From Planctomycetota bacterium (lineage in GTDB: Bacteria; Planctomycetota; JAPUJT01): a DNA stretch of 64,000 nt. Both the position numbers and the translations under genes were made by a program. Shown here piece by piece: positions 8,169-19,500 of the stretch (position 1 is the first letter of the stretch; the number at the start of each line of letters is the position of its first letter). Below the pieces are notes generated by a model. The model was not told the origin of the DNA, did not search any database, and saw nothing but the letters and a program-made list of their open reading frames with translations. The stretch is taken from NCBI GenBank assembly GCA_027296055.1, contig JAPUJT010000124.1, forward strand, positions 2,992 through 66,991. The letters run 5' to 3'.

Positions 8169-10526
8169 TCACAGCCCGGGAACTCGTAGGACTCGCGAAT
8201 TTCCAGGGTCTGCCAGGAAAAGCCCATCTGGCGTGGCGGCGGCTCCTGCGGGGTCCAGAGTCCCCAGATCGAGGGAGGAGCTGGAAACCCCACCGGAATT
8301 GGGAAACGAATCGTCGAAGTCGAGCTGCCCGAACACCTCATCCGCCGGAATCGACATGCCGCCTGGGGGGGGGACAGCGTCCCAGCGCAGGACACGATGG
8401 TTCAGCGAGTCGGTGATGAACAGCGACTGGCCGTCGTAAGCGACCCCGATGGGGGTGTCGAGGCCCGTGGCTCCGCTCCCGGCCAGCCCCGGCAGGAGGA
8501 AGTCCGGCTGACCCAGCACCGTTACGGCCGGCTCGTTGTCCGTCTGGGGTAGCGGCTCCCAGATCATGACGCGGTGATTGTCCCTGTCGGTCACGATCAG
8601 GGCGGTCCCTGCCGCACAGATGTCCGTGGGACTACTCAGAGACCGGTCATCGCTACCTCCACCGTTCTGGCCTCCGCTCACGAAGTCAGGCTGGCCCAGG
8701 ACGAGGTCGGCCGATTGATTGGTGGAGAACGGCGACGTGAAACGGAGGACGCGGTGATTGTCCCTGTCCGCTACCCAGAGGAAAGAGCCGTCGAGGATGA
8801 TCCCCGCCGGTTCGCTCAGCCGATTCTGGGCCGTCCCCACCTGGTTCGTTGTCAGGAAGGGCTGACCCACCGCAGCGGTGGCGGCCATCGCGTTGCCGAA
8901 CGGCGAGTCGAACACGAGGATCCGATGATTCAACGAGTCCGCCACGAGCAACGAGGCATCGCCGGCGGTGAAGGCGACATCGACCGGCCGGGCCATCCCG
9001 TCCGGATTCGTCGACGGAAGCAGGCTCATGAAGTCCGGCTGACCCAGAACGATGTCCGCAGGCTGGCCGTTACGGCTCGGAAGCGGGTCCCAGATCAGGA
9101 CGCGACGGTTGCCGCTGTCCGCGATGGCCAGCCGGGTAGGGGAGGCGGCGATCCCCGAGGGGAGGTGAAGCACATCGGCGGCCGTCAGCCGGTGGTTGGG
9201 GAAGCCAGAGACGAAATCGGGCTGTCCGAAGACTACGTCGGCCGGGGCGTTGTCGCTTGCAGGAATCGACTGATGGATCTTCACGCGGCGACTTCGCTCG
9301 TCGTAGATCAGGAGGCGATTCCCGTCGGCGAGGATCGACTGGGGTCCCCGGAGCGTGGCGGCAGACCGTCCTCCATTGTCCGGGATGCCGGAAGTGCCAT
9401 CCGGCTGGCCGAGGACGACGTCGGCGCAGGCGTAGTCGGCCGGGACGCTCGTGTTCCAGATCATGATCCGGTGGTTGAGCTCATCGGCGACGTAGAGGTG
9501 ACCCGAGTCCCCCGTGATCCCGAACGGCAGGTTGAACGTCCTCCGGCTCCTTCCGAAGGAGACCATCTCGGGAGAGCATAGCGGGACGCTTCCGTTGTCC
9601 AGGTTGGGGAGGCCTGATGTGAAATCGGGCTGACCCAGGACCCCATCCGCCTGCTGTCCATCGATCCATGTGGGGGGGATGTTCCAGATGAGGACCCGGT
9701 TATTGAATTTATCCGTGACAAAGAGAGTGCTGCCGTTCGAGTAGACCTGGCGCGGGCTCGCCAACGTGTCGTCGCCGGTCCCTCCCCCCTGATTTCGCTG
9801 GACCGAGGAGAAGTCGACCTGGCCCAGGACGTGATCGGCAGGGGGACCCTCCGTCGCGAAAGATAACGGCAGGTTCCAGATCAGGATCCGGTGGCTCCCC
9901 ACGTCACTGACGTAGAGGAAGCGGCTGTCTGCAAAGACATCGAGGGGGTTCTCCAGCGTGTCCGCTGCCGGCAGCCCTCCACGGTGAGGGAGGTCAGTGG
10001 AGAAGTCCGCCTGTCCGATCACGTGATCTGCGGGGACACGATTCGAGGCCGGCGGGCTGTCCCAGACGAGGACGCGGTTGTTCGCCGAGTCGCAGACGTA
10101 AAGCCTCTGGCCATCGCTGAAGCTCCCTCCCGGCCGATTCAGGCTGGCGGCCGATATTCCCCCGGCGTTCGGCTCCCGAAGGTTGAAATCGTCCTGGCCC
10201 AGGACCCGGTCGGCCGCCTCGAAATCCATCGACGGCAGACCATCCAGGATCAGCACCCGGTGGTTCGCCGCGTCGCTCACGTACAACGTGGTCCCGTCGA
10301 AGTGGAGTCCCGAGAGGCCGAGCGGATCGAGACCTCGGGAGTCGACGGCGCTCTCCGCAGAGGTTGTGTGGCCCAGGACGAGATCGGATTGCGGTCCGGG
10401 CGGAGGCGGGGGAGGTGGTGGTTTGGTCCGGCTAGATCCCTCGCAGGACGCGCTGCCCACCGCCGTCAGGACCGCGACCGCCAGGAATGACCGCCAGCCC
10501 GAACGGTTCCAGCTATGGCGTGACAT
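8169..10526 (-). CDS. NHL-repeat beta-propeller lipoprotein
   Basis: ATG at 10526, 11 nt upstream of the giant gene's TAG (14-nt overlap). Signal peptide plus Cys (LTAVGSASC), then a poly-Pro linker KPPPPPPPPGP. About 13 repeats of AD.VLGQ.DF.S...N.GG.....L..P..V..DG..L.V.D..NHRVL.W. Confidence 0.85.
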   Translation of the reverse strand: MSRHSWNRSGWRSFLAVAVLTAVGSASCEGSSRTKPPPPPPPPGPQSDLVLGHTTSAESAVDSRGLDPLGLSGLHFDGTTLYVSDAANHRVLILDGLPSMDFEAADRVLGQDDFNLREPNAGGISAASLNRPGGSFSDGQRLYVCDSANNRVLVWDSPPASNRVPADHVIGQADFSTDLPHRGGLPAADTLENPLDVFADSRFLYVSDVGSHRILIWNLPLSFATEGPPADHVLGQVDFSSVQRNQGGGTGDDTLASPRQVYSNGSTLFVTDKFNNRVLIWNIPPTWIDGQQADGVLGQPDFTSGLPNLDNGSVPLCSPEMVSFGRSRRTFNLPFGITGDSGHLYVADELNHRIMIWNTSVPADYACADVVLGQPDGTSGIPDNGGRSAATLRGPQSILADGNRLLIYDERSRRVKIHQSIPASDNAPADVVFGQPDFVSGFPNHRLTAADVLHLPSGIAASPTRLAIADSGNRRVLIWDPLPSRNGQPADIVLGQPDFMSLLPSTNPDGMARPVDVAFTAGDASLLVADSLNHRILVFDSPFGNAMAATAAVGQPFLTTNQVGTAQNRLSEPAGIILDGSFLWVADRDNHRVLRFTSPFSTNQSADLVLGQPDFVSGGQNGGGSDDRSLSSPTDICAAGTALIVTDRDNHRVMIWEPLPQTDNEPAVTVLGQPDFLLPGLAGSGATGLDTPIGVAYDGQSLFITDSLNHRVLRWDAVPPPGGMSIPADEVFGQLDFDDSFPNSGGVSSSSLDLGTLDPAGAAATPDGLFLADPGNSRVLRVPGL

Positions 10527-13500
10527 CGTATCTCAGGACCCGGTTGTTCCTCTGATCGTTCACCCAGAGGAGATCGGCCGCGCCGGGGACGAGGGAAAGG
10601 CTGCAGTTCTCCGAGAGGATCCCCTTCCCTATGAAGAGGGATACCTCGCTGACCCCGCCGTTGTTGGGCAGGCTATCGTCGAAGCTGGGCTGGCCGATCA
10701 GACGATCCGCCGCCTCTCCCGAGGCTACAGGGAACTGGTCCCAGATCATGATCCGGTTGTTGTCCCCGTCGGTCACCATGACCACGGTCTCGATCCCGGC
10801 CGTGTCCGATTCGACGCCGAGCGGCCGGCTCATCCCGGTGACGCTGGTTGCGGCGACTCCTGGGATCGTCGTGTCGGCCTGGCCGAGGACGAGGGAGACG
10901 GCCGGATCCATGTCGACCAACGGATCCGGCAGCGGATCCCAGATCATGACGCGGTGGTTGTCCCGATCGACCACGAGCAACTGAGTTCCGTTCGAGACGA
11001 CGTCGTTCGGATTGCGAAGACCGCGCGTGCCGTCGTTGTTTCCATGGTCGGGGCTCCCGGAGACGAGGTTGGGCTGACCCACAGCGATGTCCGCCGAGCC
11101 GTTGGTCACGATATTCGCGTCCGAGAATCGGAGCACCCTGTGGTTTCCGCGATCCACCACCCACAAGAATCCACCTCCCGAGGATTGCCACGAGAGGCCT
11201 GCGGGGTCGTCCATCCGGTTCGCAGCGAGCCCCGCGCCCACGCCCACCGAGTCCGGCTGGCCGAGCCAGATCGACTGGTCCATATCCGTGTTGAATGGCC
11301 CGTTGTAGACGGTGACGCGGTTGTTGGCCGAGTCCGCCACGAAGAGCCGGTCGCCTCCTGTGTCGTAGGCCACGTCCGTGGGGTTTCTGTGTCCCTTGGT
11401 CCCCCCCGCGGGCAAGATGCTCGAGAAGTCGGACTGACCCAGGACGAGATCCGCGTTCTTGTTGTTGACGTTTGGGATCGTGCTCCACACGAGGACGCGA
11501 TTGTTCCGGCTGTCGGCCACGAAGAGCTGCGAACCGTCCGAGTCGACGCCGCCCGGTCGCCGGAACGACCGGGGGTCGATCCGGGCGTGGTTCGGGAAGT
11601 TGGAGGTGAAGTTCCTCTGGCCGTAGACGATCTGCGCCGGGTCATTATCGCCTGTCGGGATCGTATCGTGAATTTTCACACGGCTGTTGTCGTGATCGAA
11701 GACGAGGAGCTCGGTTCCTGTGGAGGCCACCCCCAGAGGCAGCCTGAGGCTCGTACTGGAGAGGCCTCCGCTGTTGGCGATCCCTTGCCTTCCATTGATC
11801 TGGCCCAGGACCGCGTCGGCGCACCCATCGTCGAAGGTGATGTCCGTGCTGGGTGGAGGGTTCTGGTTCAAGATAACTACCCGGTGGTTGCCTCCATCCG
11901 CGATATAGGTGTGCCCCGTATCGAGGAAGACGTCCTGCGGAAAGTTCAAGGATCGACGGCTCCGGCCGGCGCTGTTTCCGTCACCGGCGCACGCCGTGGG
12001 GTTAAAGTCGCCGTTCGGGATGGCCGGCGACGTGAACGCCGCCTTACCCAGGAGCCCGTCCGCCGCCTGACCGTCCGCCCAGGCAGGTGGCGTGCCCCCG
12101 GGAATCGTCCACCAGAGGACCCTGTGGTTCGTCGTGTCGGCGACGATGAGCGTCGTCCCATCGGTGAATATCCCGCGCGGGCTGTTCAAGGTGTTGCCGT
12201 TCGTCCCCCCTCCCCGGTTGGCCATCTCGCTAGTGAAGTTCGCCTGGCCGAGGACATGATCGGCCATCTGGCCATCCGTCCACGCGGGAGGAGTTCCGGC
12301 CGGGATGTTCCAGATCATGATCCTGTGATTGTTCGCGTCACTGACGAAGATCTGATCCGCATCCCCGTAGATCCCCAGGGGCGTGTCCAGCGTGTCCTGA
12401 TCGGGACCGCCCCCCATGTCGGGCATGTTGTCCATGAAGTTCAGCTGTCCGAGGACGTGATCGGCAGGGACGTTGTTCGACGTCGGGATCGCGTCCCAGA
12501 TCAGGACCCGGTGATTGTCCGTATCGCACACGTAGAGGCCGGTTCCATCGGAGTAGACCCCCATCGGGTTGTTCAGGCTGCTGGCCGAGGGGCCCTGGAA
12601 GTTCTCCACGTTGACGCTGAAGTCCTTCTGCCCGACGACGACGTCGGCCGTCTGGAAGTCCGACCCCGGCACACTGTCGAAGATCAGGACACGATGATTG
12701 GCCGGATCGCTGACGAAGAGCTGCGACCCCCCGATGTCAGCGTCCCCGCGGGACGTCCCCTTCTCCAGCTCTTCCGGATCGATCCCCCGACCGTCGACCC
12801 CTCCCTGGAGGAAGCTGTCGTGACCCAGGACCAGCTCGGCGGAGATCGAGTTATCCACGGAGAAAGGGTTGGACGCAGCGAGAGCACCTACCGCCCCGTG
12901 CTGGTCGGTGGGCGTGATCTGAATCTCGACGTCTGTACTGATCGTGCTGCTGAGATCCGCGAACGTGTCCCAGATGAAGAGGTGACCCACCTCCTCACCC
13001 AGGGGCCCGGATGTCAGCATGACCTTCCCTTCCGCCGGCGGGGCGGTGGACTCGGTCGCCGTGACGGGAGTGCCCCCCCCGATGCTGTACTCGATGACGA
13101 GATCGACCAGGTGGCTGAAGGAGTCGCGGATCCGGTACGAGACATAGACGTCGCCCGACTGTACGCCGCTGATGTTGAAGATCTGGACGACCGGGGCCTG
13201 GTTGTTGTCCACATCGAACATGTTGGAGGTGTCGGGGATTCCCAGCTTCGTGTCCATCGGCGTGATTGTTATCGTGACGTTGGGGACGAAGTCGCGGCCG
13301 AGATCGGTCACCGACTCCCAGACGAAGACATGCGCCGTGCCTCCGGGAGAAGAGGTGAGCCCGGTGACGCCGTCGCTGCCGGCGCCCTCCGTCGCGGGCA
13401 CGGGACCTCCCCCCACGTCGTACTCCACGACGATGTCCTGCAGGTCGCTCTCCGCGTCGGTCAGGGTGTAGTTCACCGTGATGTCGCCGCTGGAGGGGCT

Positions 13501-16500
13501 CGTGATCATGCTGATCGTAACGCTCGGTGGGCTAGTGTTGTCCACCTCGAAGACGGTCGTCTGGTTGGGCGGCCCGGCACCCAGGGTCGGGTTGGCGTTG
13601 TCGCTCGGCGAGATGCGGACGACCACCGTCGTCTCGAGGATGCCCGCCAGGTCCACGTCCGAATCCCAGACAAAGACGTGGGTCGTCCCGCCGGGAGACG
13701 TCGTGAGCCCCAGGATTCCGTCGCTTCCGGCCCCCCCGGTGGCCGTCGCGAAGACGAAGCCGCCGTCTGTCGAGTACTCGACCCGGAGATTGGTGTTATC
13801 CGACTCGGCGTCCGCCAGGACGTAATCGATGGTGATGAGCCCCGTCTCGGCGCCTGGCCCGAGAGGATCGATCGACGTGACCTCGGGCTCGTCGTTGTTG
13901 TTGACCAGGAAATCCGGTGTCGTGAAGGCGACGCCGGTGTTCTGGCCGTCATCCGGGGTGATTCGGAAAGTGACGGTGTCCGAATCGTTGGCCCCCAGGT
14001 CGAATCTCGAATCCCAGACGAAGAGGTGGCCGATCCCGTCGGGGGAGGATGTCAGTAACGTCAACCCCTCGCTGGGCGGATTGGGGCCTTCCGTGGCGAC
14101 GGAGAAGATCCCCCCGGTCGAGTACTCGACGGTGATGCTGATCGTGTCGCTGTTCCCGTCGATCAGGACGTACTCGATGTCCACGTCGTCAGCCCGCTCG
14201 TCGGCGGAGGCCGGAGATCCGATGAAGACGATCGGGAGGTCGTTGTTGTCCACGTCGAAGGTGACCGTTTGCACGCCGCCCGTATCCGTATCGGACGGGG
14301 TAAGCTCGAAGATCACATCCACCAGGTTCACGATCCCCACGTCTGCGATCGAGTTCCAGGCGAAGCTGTGGGATATGCCTGTCGGGCTCGATGTCAGGTC
14401 CAGCCTTCCTCCGACCTGTATCGTGGCGACCGTGAAAGTCCCTCCCGCGTCGGTCGAGAACCGTGCGGCCACATTGACCAGGTCGCTGGTGCTATCAGTC
14501 AGATTGAAGCCGATCCGGATCAGCCCGCTCCGGGAGGACCCTGCGGGAGGCGCGGTGATCGTCACCGACGGGGCGTCGTTGCCCCGGATGAACTTGTTCG
14601 AGGTGTCCTCCGTGCCGAGTCCATCGTTGTCCGTCGGAGTGATCCGGATGAGGATGTCCACGACAGCCGCCGCGGCGCCGAGATCCGTGGCCGAGTCCCA
14701 GACGAACGTGTGGGCGACTCCTCCGGGTCCTGCGGGGAGGCCCATTTTCCCGTCTCCGCCGACCCCCTCCGTTGCCGTGACAAACATGACCCCGTTGTCC
14801 GTAGACCAATCGACGGCGATGTCGGAGTCGTCCGCGTCCCCGTCGAACAGCCGGTAGTTGATCGTCACGTCATCGGTGAAGGACCGCGGGACAGGAGCGA
14901 TGTCCGCCAGGGGCAGGAGGCTCGGGTTGTTGAGCCTGAAATTCGTCGTCGCAACGGCCAGCCCGACATCGGAATCGGCGGGAGTGATCTCTATCCTCGT
15001 CATGTTGAACGGACCGGCATAGGCAACATCCGTGATGCTGTCCCAGACGAAGAGGTGCGTGATCCCGCCCGTGCTCGTCGTGAGGGCCGTCACCCCCTGG
15101 CTGGGAGGACCTCCCTCCGTCGCAGCGGCCCAGTTCGACCCGCCGTCCGTCGAGTAGCGGACAGTGATGTCGGCCGGGTCGGAGTTCGAGTCGCTGAGCG
15201 AGTAGGAGATCACGATATCGCCGGCCTGCTGCCCGAGGGGGGTGTCGATCGTGGCCACCGGGGCATCGTTGTTGTCGACGTCGAACAGGTTGGAGGTATC
15301 GGCCGTGCCGATCTTCGTATCACTGGGAGTGATCGTGATGGTGACCATCTGGACGAACGCAGGCCCGAGATCGGCGAAGGAATCCCACACGAACGTATGT
15401 GCTATTCCCGCGGGAGAGGCGGTGAGGCCGGTGGTCCCGTCGCTGCCGGGTCCCTCCGTGGCCGGGAGGGGGCCGCTCCCCGTGTCGAACTCGACCAAGA
15501 TGTTCTGCAGTTCGCTCTCCGTGTCGCGGAGGGAGTAGGTGATGGTTATGTTGCCGACTCCGGGGCTCGCGATCGGATCGATCGTGATCCCCGGAGGGAC
15601 GGTGTTGTCCACCGTGAAGAAGTCAGTTTGGGCACGCGTGCCGAGGCCGAGGGTGAGGTTCGGGTTGTCCCTCGGGACGATCCGGAAGAGGACCGCGGTC
15701 TCCTCCAGCAGTCGGCCCACGTCGTCCCCGGATAGCATGCTTGTGTCCCAGACGAAGACGTGCGGGTCCCCGGCCGGACTGGCGCTGAGCCCCGTCACCC
15801 CTTCGCTCGGCGGCCCCGTTTGCTCCGTTGCGCTGAAGAAGTTGGAGCCATCGGTCGAATAGAAGACGTCGATATCGACGGCGTCGCTCTCCGCGTCGAA
15901 GAGGACGTAATTGATCGTGATGTCCAGGTCCTGGGATCCGGATGGCGTGGAGATCGTGGCCGTCGGCTCCACATTGTTGTTCACCAGGAAGTCGGCGGTG
16001 GTAAAGACCACGCCGGGGTTCTTCCCGTCGTCCGGTGTGATGCGCAGTGTCGCCGTGTCGGAATCCAGCGAGGCGAGGTTGGCCGCCGAGTCCCAGAGAA
16101 AAATGTGCTCGACACCGTCGGGCGAGGACGTGAGCCCAGTGATACCCTCGCTCGGCGGGATGGGGTTCTCGGTTGCGGTAAGGTATGTCGCGCCGTCAGT
16201 GGAGTACTCCACCATGATGTCGATCGGGTCGCTGTTCCCATCGATCAGGATGTGGGAGACCTGGACGTCACCAGCCTCGAGGTCGGAGATCGCCGGAGCT
16301 CCTATGAAGGAGATCGGAAGGTCGTTGTTGTCGATGTCGATCACGACGTCGCTGTCCAGGCCCCCCGTCGTGTCGCTCGGAGTCAGTCGGAACGTGACCC
16401 CCGTCAGGTTCACGATGCCGAGATCCGCGATCGAGTTCCAGGCCAGGTCATGCGAAAGGCCAGGGGTCGGAGCCGATGTAATGTCGGCCGTCTCACCCAC

Positions 16501-19500
16501 GGAGATGGAGGCAGGGAGGAAGATGACGCCATCGGTGGAGTATTCCGCCACCAGATCCACCAGATCGCTCGTCGAGTCCACCAGGTCGTAGGTGAACTCG
16601 ATGAGGCCGCTCTGGATCGACAAGGGGGCGGGGTCGGTGATCGTGAGCACCGGGGCGTCGTTTCCTCGGATGAATACGTTCGAGACCTCCGTGTTTCCCG
16701 TCCCGTCCGGGTCCGTGGGGGTGATCCGGATCTCGAGATCCGGCTCCGCCACTAGGCTTGTAAGAAGATCGGCGAATGTGTCCCAGACGAACGTGTGCGG
16801 AGCGCCCGTCGGATCGGAGGAGAGGCCCGTCACGCCGTCGCTTCCCGCGCCCGGCCCCGCGTCGGTGGCCAGCATCCATGGATTCGGAGATCCCCCCTGC
16901 CGCCACTCGACGAGGATGTCGACCGCATCCGAGTCACCGTCGAAGAGCCGGTATGTCATCGTCACGTCATCGACGAAAGATCGAGCGATCGGGTCGAGGG
17001 CGACGCCGGGGATGAACGTCTGGTTGCTCACCGAGAAGACCCCCGAGTCCGAAGGGATGCCCATAGAAGTGTCGAGGGGCGTGATCCGGAAGACGACGCT
17101 CGGGAAGAACCCGAAGCCGACATCGGCGACCGAATCCCAGACGAAGATATGGTTGATTCCGCCGGTCGAGGTGATGTGCGGTCCCAGGCCCTCGCTGGGC
17201 AGCCCGGGCCGTTCCGTGGCCATGAAGAAGTTGAGCCCTCCGTCCGTCGAATAGTCCGCCATGATGGTCGCCATGTCGCTGTGGGTGTCCGTGAGGGCGT
17301 ACGAGACGACGATGTCCCCGCTGGGCGATCCGGGCGGCGTCGTCACGAACGCGGAGGGGGGGTCGTTGTTGTCGACCTCGAAGGCCAACGTCACGTCGGG
17401 AGGGCTCGTCTTGGTGTCCATCGTCGTGATCCGGATCGTGACGCCGGTCGTGCGGGCGGGGCCGAGATCGGTCGAGGCCTCCCAGCGGAAGACATGGGTC
17501 GTCCCACCGGGGGACGACGTCAGGTTGGTCACTCCGTCGCTCACCGGCGCGGTGCAAGTGGTGCACTCCTTGGCGGGGAAGTAGTTCGAGCCATCGGTGG
17601 AGTACTCGACGACGATCGTCTGGAGGGCGCTCTCCACATCGGTGAGCGTGTAGTCGATCACGGGATCTCCCGTCTGCGGCGAGGGGGGATCCACCACGAC
17701 GACGGACGGCACCGTCGTGTTGTCGACGGTGAAGATGTCGGTCTGGGCGAGCGTCCCCAGTCCCAGGGTCGGATTGGTGTTGTCCTGGGGGACGACCCGC
17801 AGGATGACGTCGTTCTCGGCCAGGGAGATGGCAACGCCATCGAGTACCGTGTCCCAGACGAATACGTGGGGGTTTCCGGCGGGGGACGCTGTGAGCCCGG
17901 TTATCCCCTCACTCGGGGGCCCAGGTAACTCGGTGGCGGGGGCGAAAGTCTGACCGCCGTCAGTGGAGAACAGGATGCTGACGTCGACCAGGTCACTCTC
18001 CGTATCGGAGAGTGTGTAGTTGACCGTCACCAGGTCGTCCTGGGGGCTCGTCGGCGTTGAGATCGCCGAGGAGGGCTCCAGGTTGTTGTTCACCAGGAAG
18101 ATCTCCGACGTGAAAGGAGTCCCCACGTTGACCGGATCGGAAGGAGTGATCCGGATCCGTACCTGGTCGGAGTCTTGAGATGTGAAGTTCGTCGCCGAAT
18201 CCCAGACGAAGATGTGAGAGATACCGTCCGGAGAGGAGGTCAGTCCCGTGATCCCCTCGCTGGGAGGCGCCGGGTTCTCCGTGGCCGACAAGAAGATGAT
18301 CCCATCCACGGTGTACTCGACCGTGATGTCAATCGCATCGCTGTCGACATCGATCAGGATGTGGGAGACCTGGATGTCGCCTGATTTGAGGTCATCGACC
18401 GCGGGAGACCCGATGAACGAGATCGGGACGTTGTTGTTGTTGATGTCGATGGTGACGAGAGCAGGCGCCCCCATCTCACCGATGCTGTCTATGGGCGTGA
18501 TCTCGAACTGCACTCCGGTGAGGTTGGCATCCCCGAGGTCGATCACCGAGTTCCAGGCGAAGTCGTGCGACTGCCCGCCGGGAGGGGCGAACAGGCTCGT
18601 CAGGCCTCCGACGGCGATCGTGGCGGGCAAGAAGGTGACGCCCGCGTCGGTGGAATACCTGGGCGTGATGTCCACCGGGTCCGTCGTGGAGTCGGAGAGA
18701 GTGAAGACGAACTCGATGAGGCCGCTCTGCGTCGTCAAAGGGAGTGGGGAAGTGATCGTGGCCATGGGGGCGTCGTTGCCGACGATGAACACGTTGGAGA
18801 CGCCAGAGAAGCCGGTGCCGTCCCCATCGGTCGGCGTGATCCGGATCTCGAGATTGGACTGCGCCCCTGCAAGCAGGTCGGCCGCCGAATCCCAGACGAA
18901 CGTATGTGAGGTCCCCGTCTGGGTCGTCGTGAGACCCGAGATCCCCTCGCTCGCCCCCCCCGTGCGCTCCGTGGCGGGGGTCGGGCTGAAAGTGGCGCCG
19001 CCGTCGATGGAGTACTCGACGAGAATGTCCGAAAGGTCCAGGTCGCCATCGGAGAGGAAGTACGTGATCGTGACGTCGCTGGACAGGGAGCGGGCAATCG
19101 GATCGATGCGTGCGACGGGGAGCAGGTTCTGGTTGTTCACCGGGAAGTCGGCCGTGTCGGCCGGTGCACCGACGCTCGAGTCCATCGGCGTGACGCGGAA
19201 GCGGACGTTTGGCTCGAAGCCGAGCCCGAGATCCGCTATCGCAGAGGAGTTCCAGACGAAGACATGGTTGACGCCGGCCCCACTCGTGATCAGACCCGTC
19301 GTCCCCTCGCTGGGCAGCCCCGGCTGCTCGGTGGCAAGCTGGAAGCTTACCCCCGCGTCGGTCGAGAACTCAGGCGTGATCGACGAGACGTCGTCGTTGT
19401 TGTCCGAAAGGGTGTAGGAGATCACGACGTCGCCCGAGGGAATGCCCGAAGGGGTTTGAATCAGGGCGATCGGAGGGACGTTGTTCTGGACCTCGAAGGC

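Noticed and set aside
10183-14058. Very long ORFs antisense to the giant genes and to dnaE2. Examples are 10183-14058 (1,291 aa), 19609-22398 (929 aa), 14269-15735 and 22310-region frames, and 46698-49340 (880 aa antisense to dnaE2).
   Set aside because: Their products are dominated by Arg/Asp/Gly/Val/His/Pro, with no hydrophobic periodicity, signal or motif. They are the expected stop-codon-poor antisense frames of GC3-rich genes. The opposite strand carries clear repeat-domain or polymerase homology.
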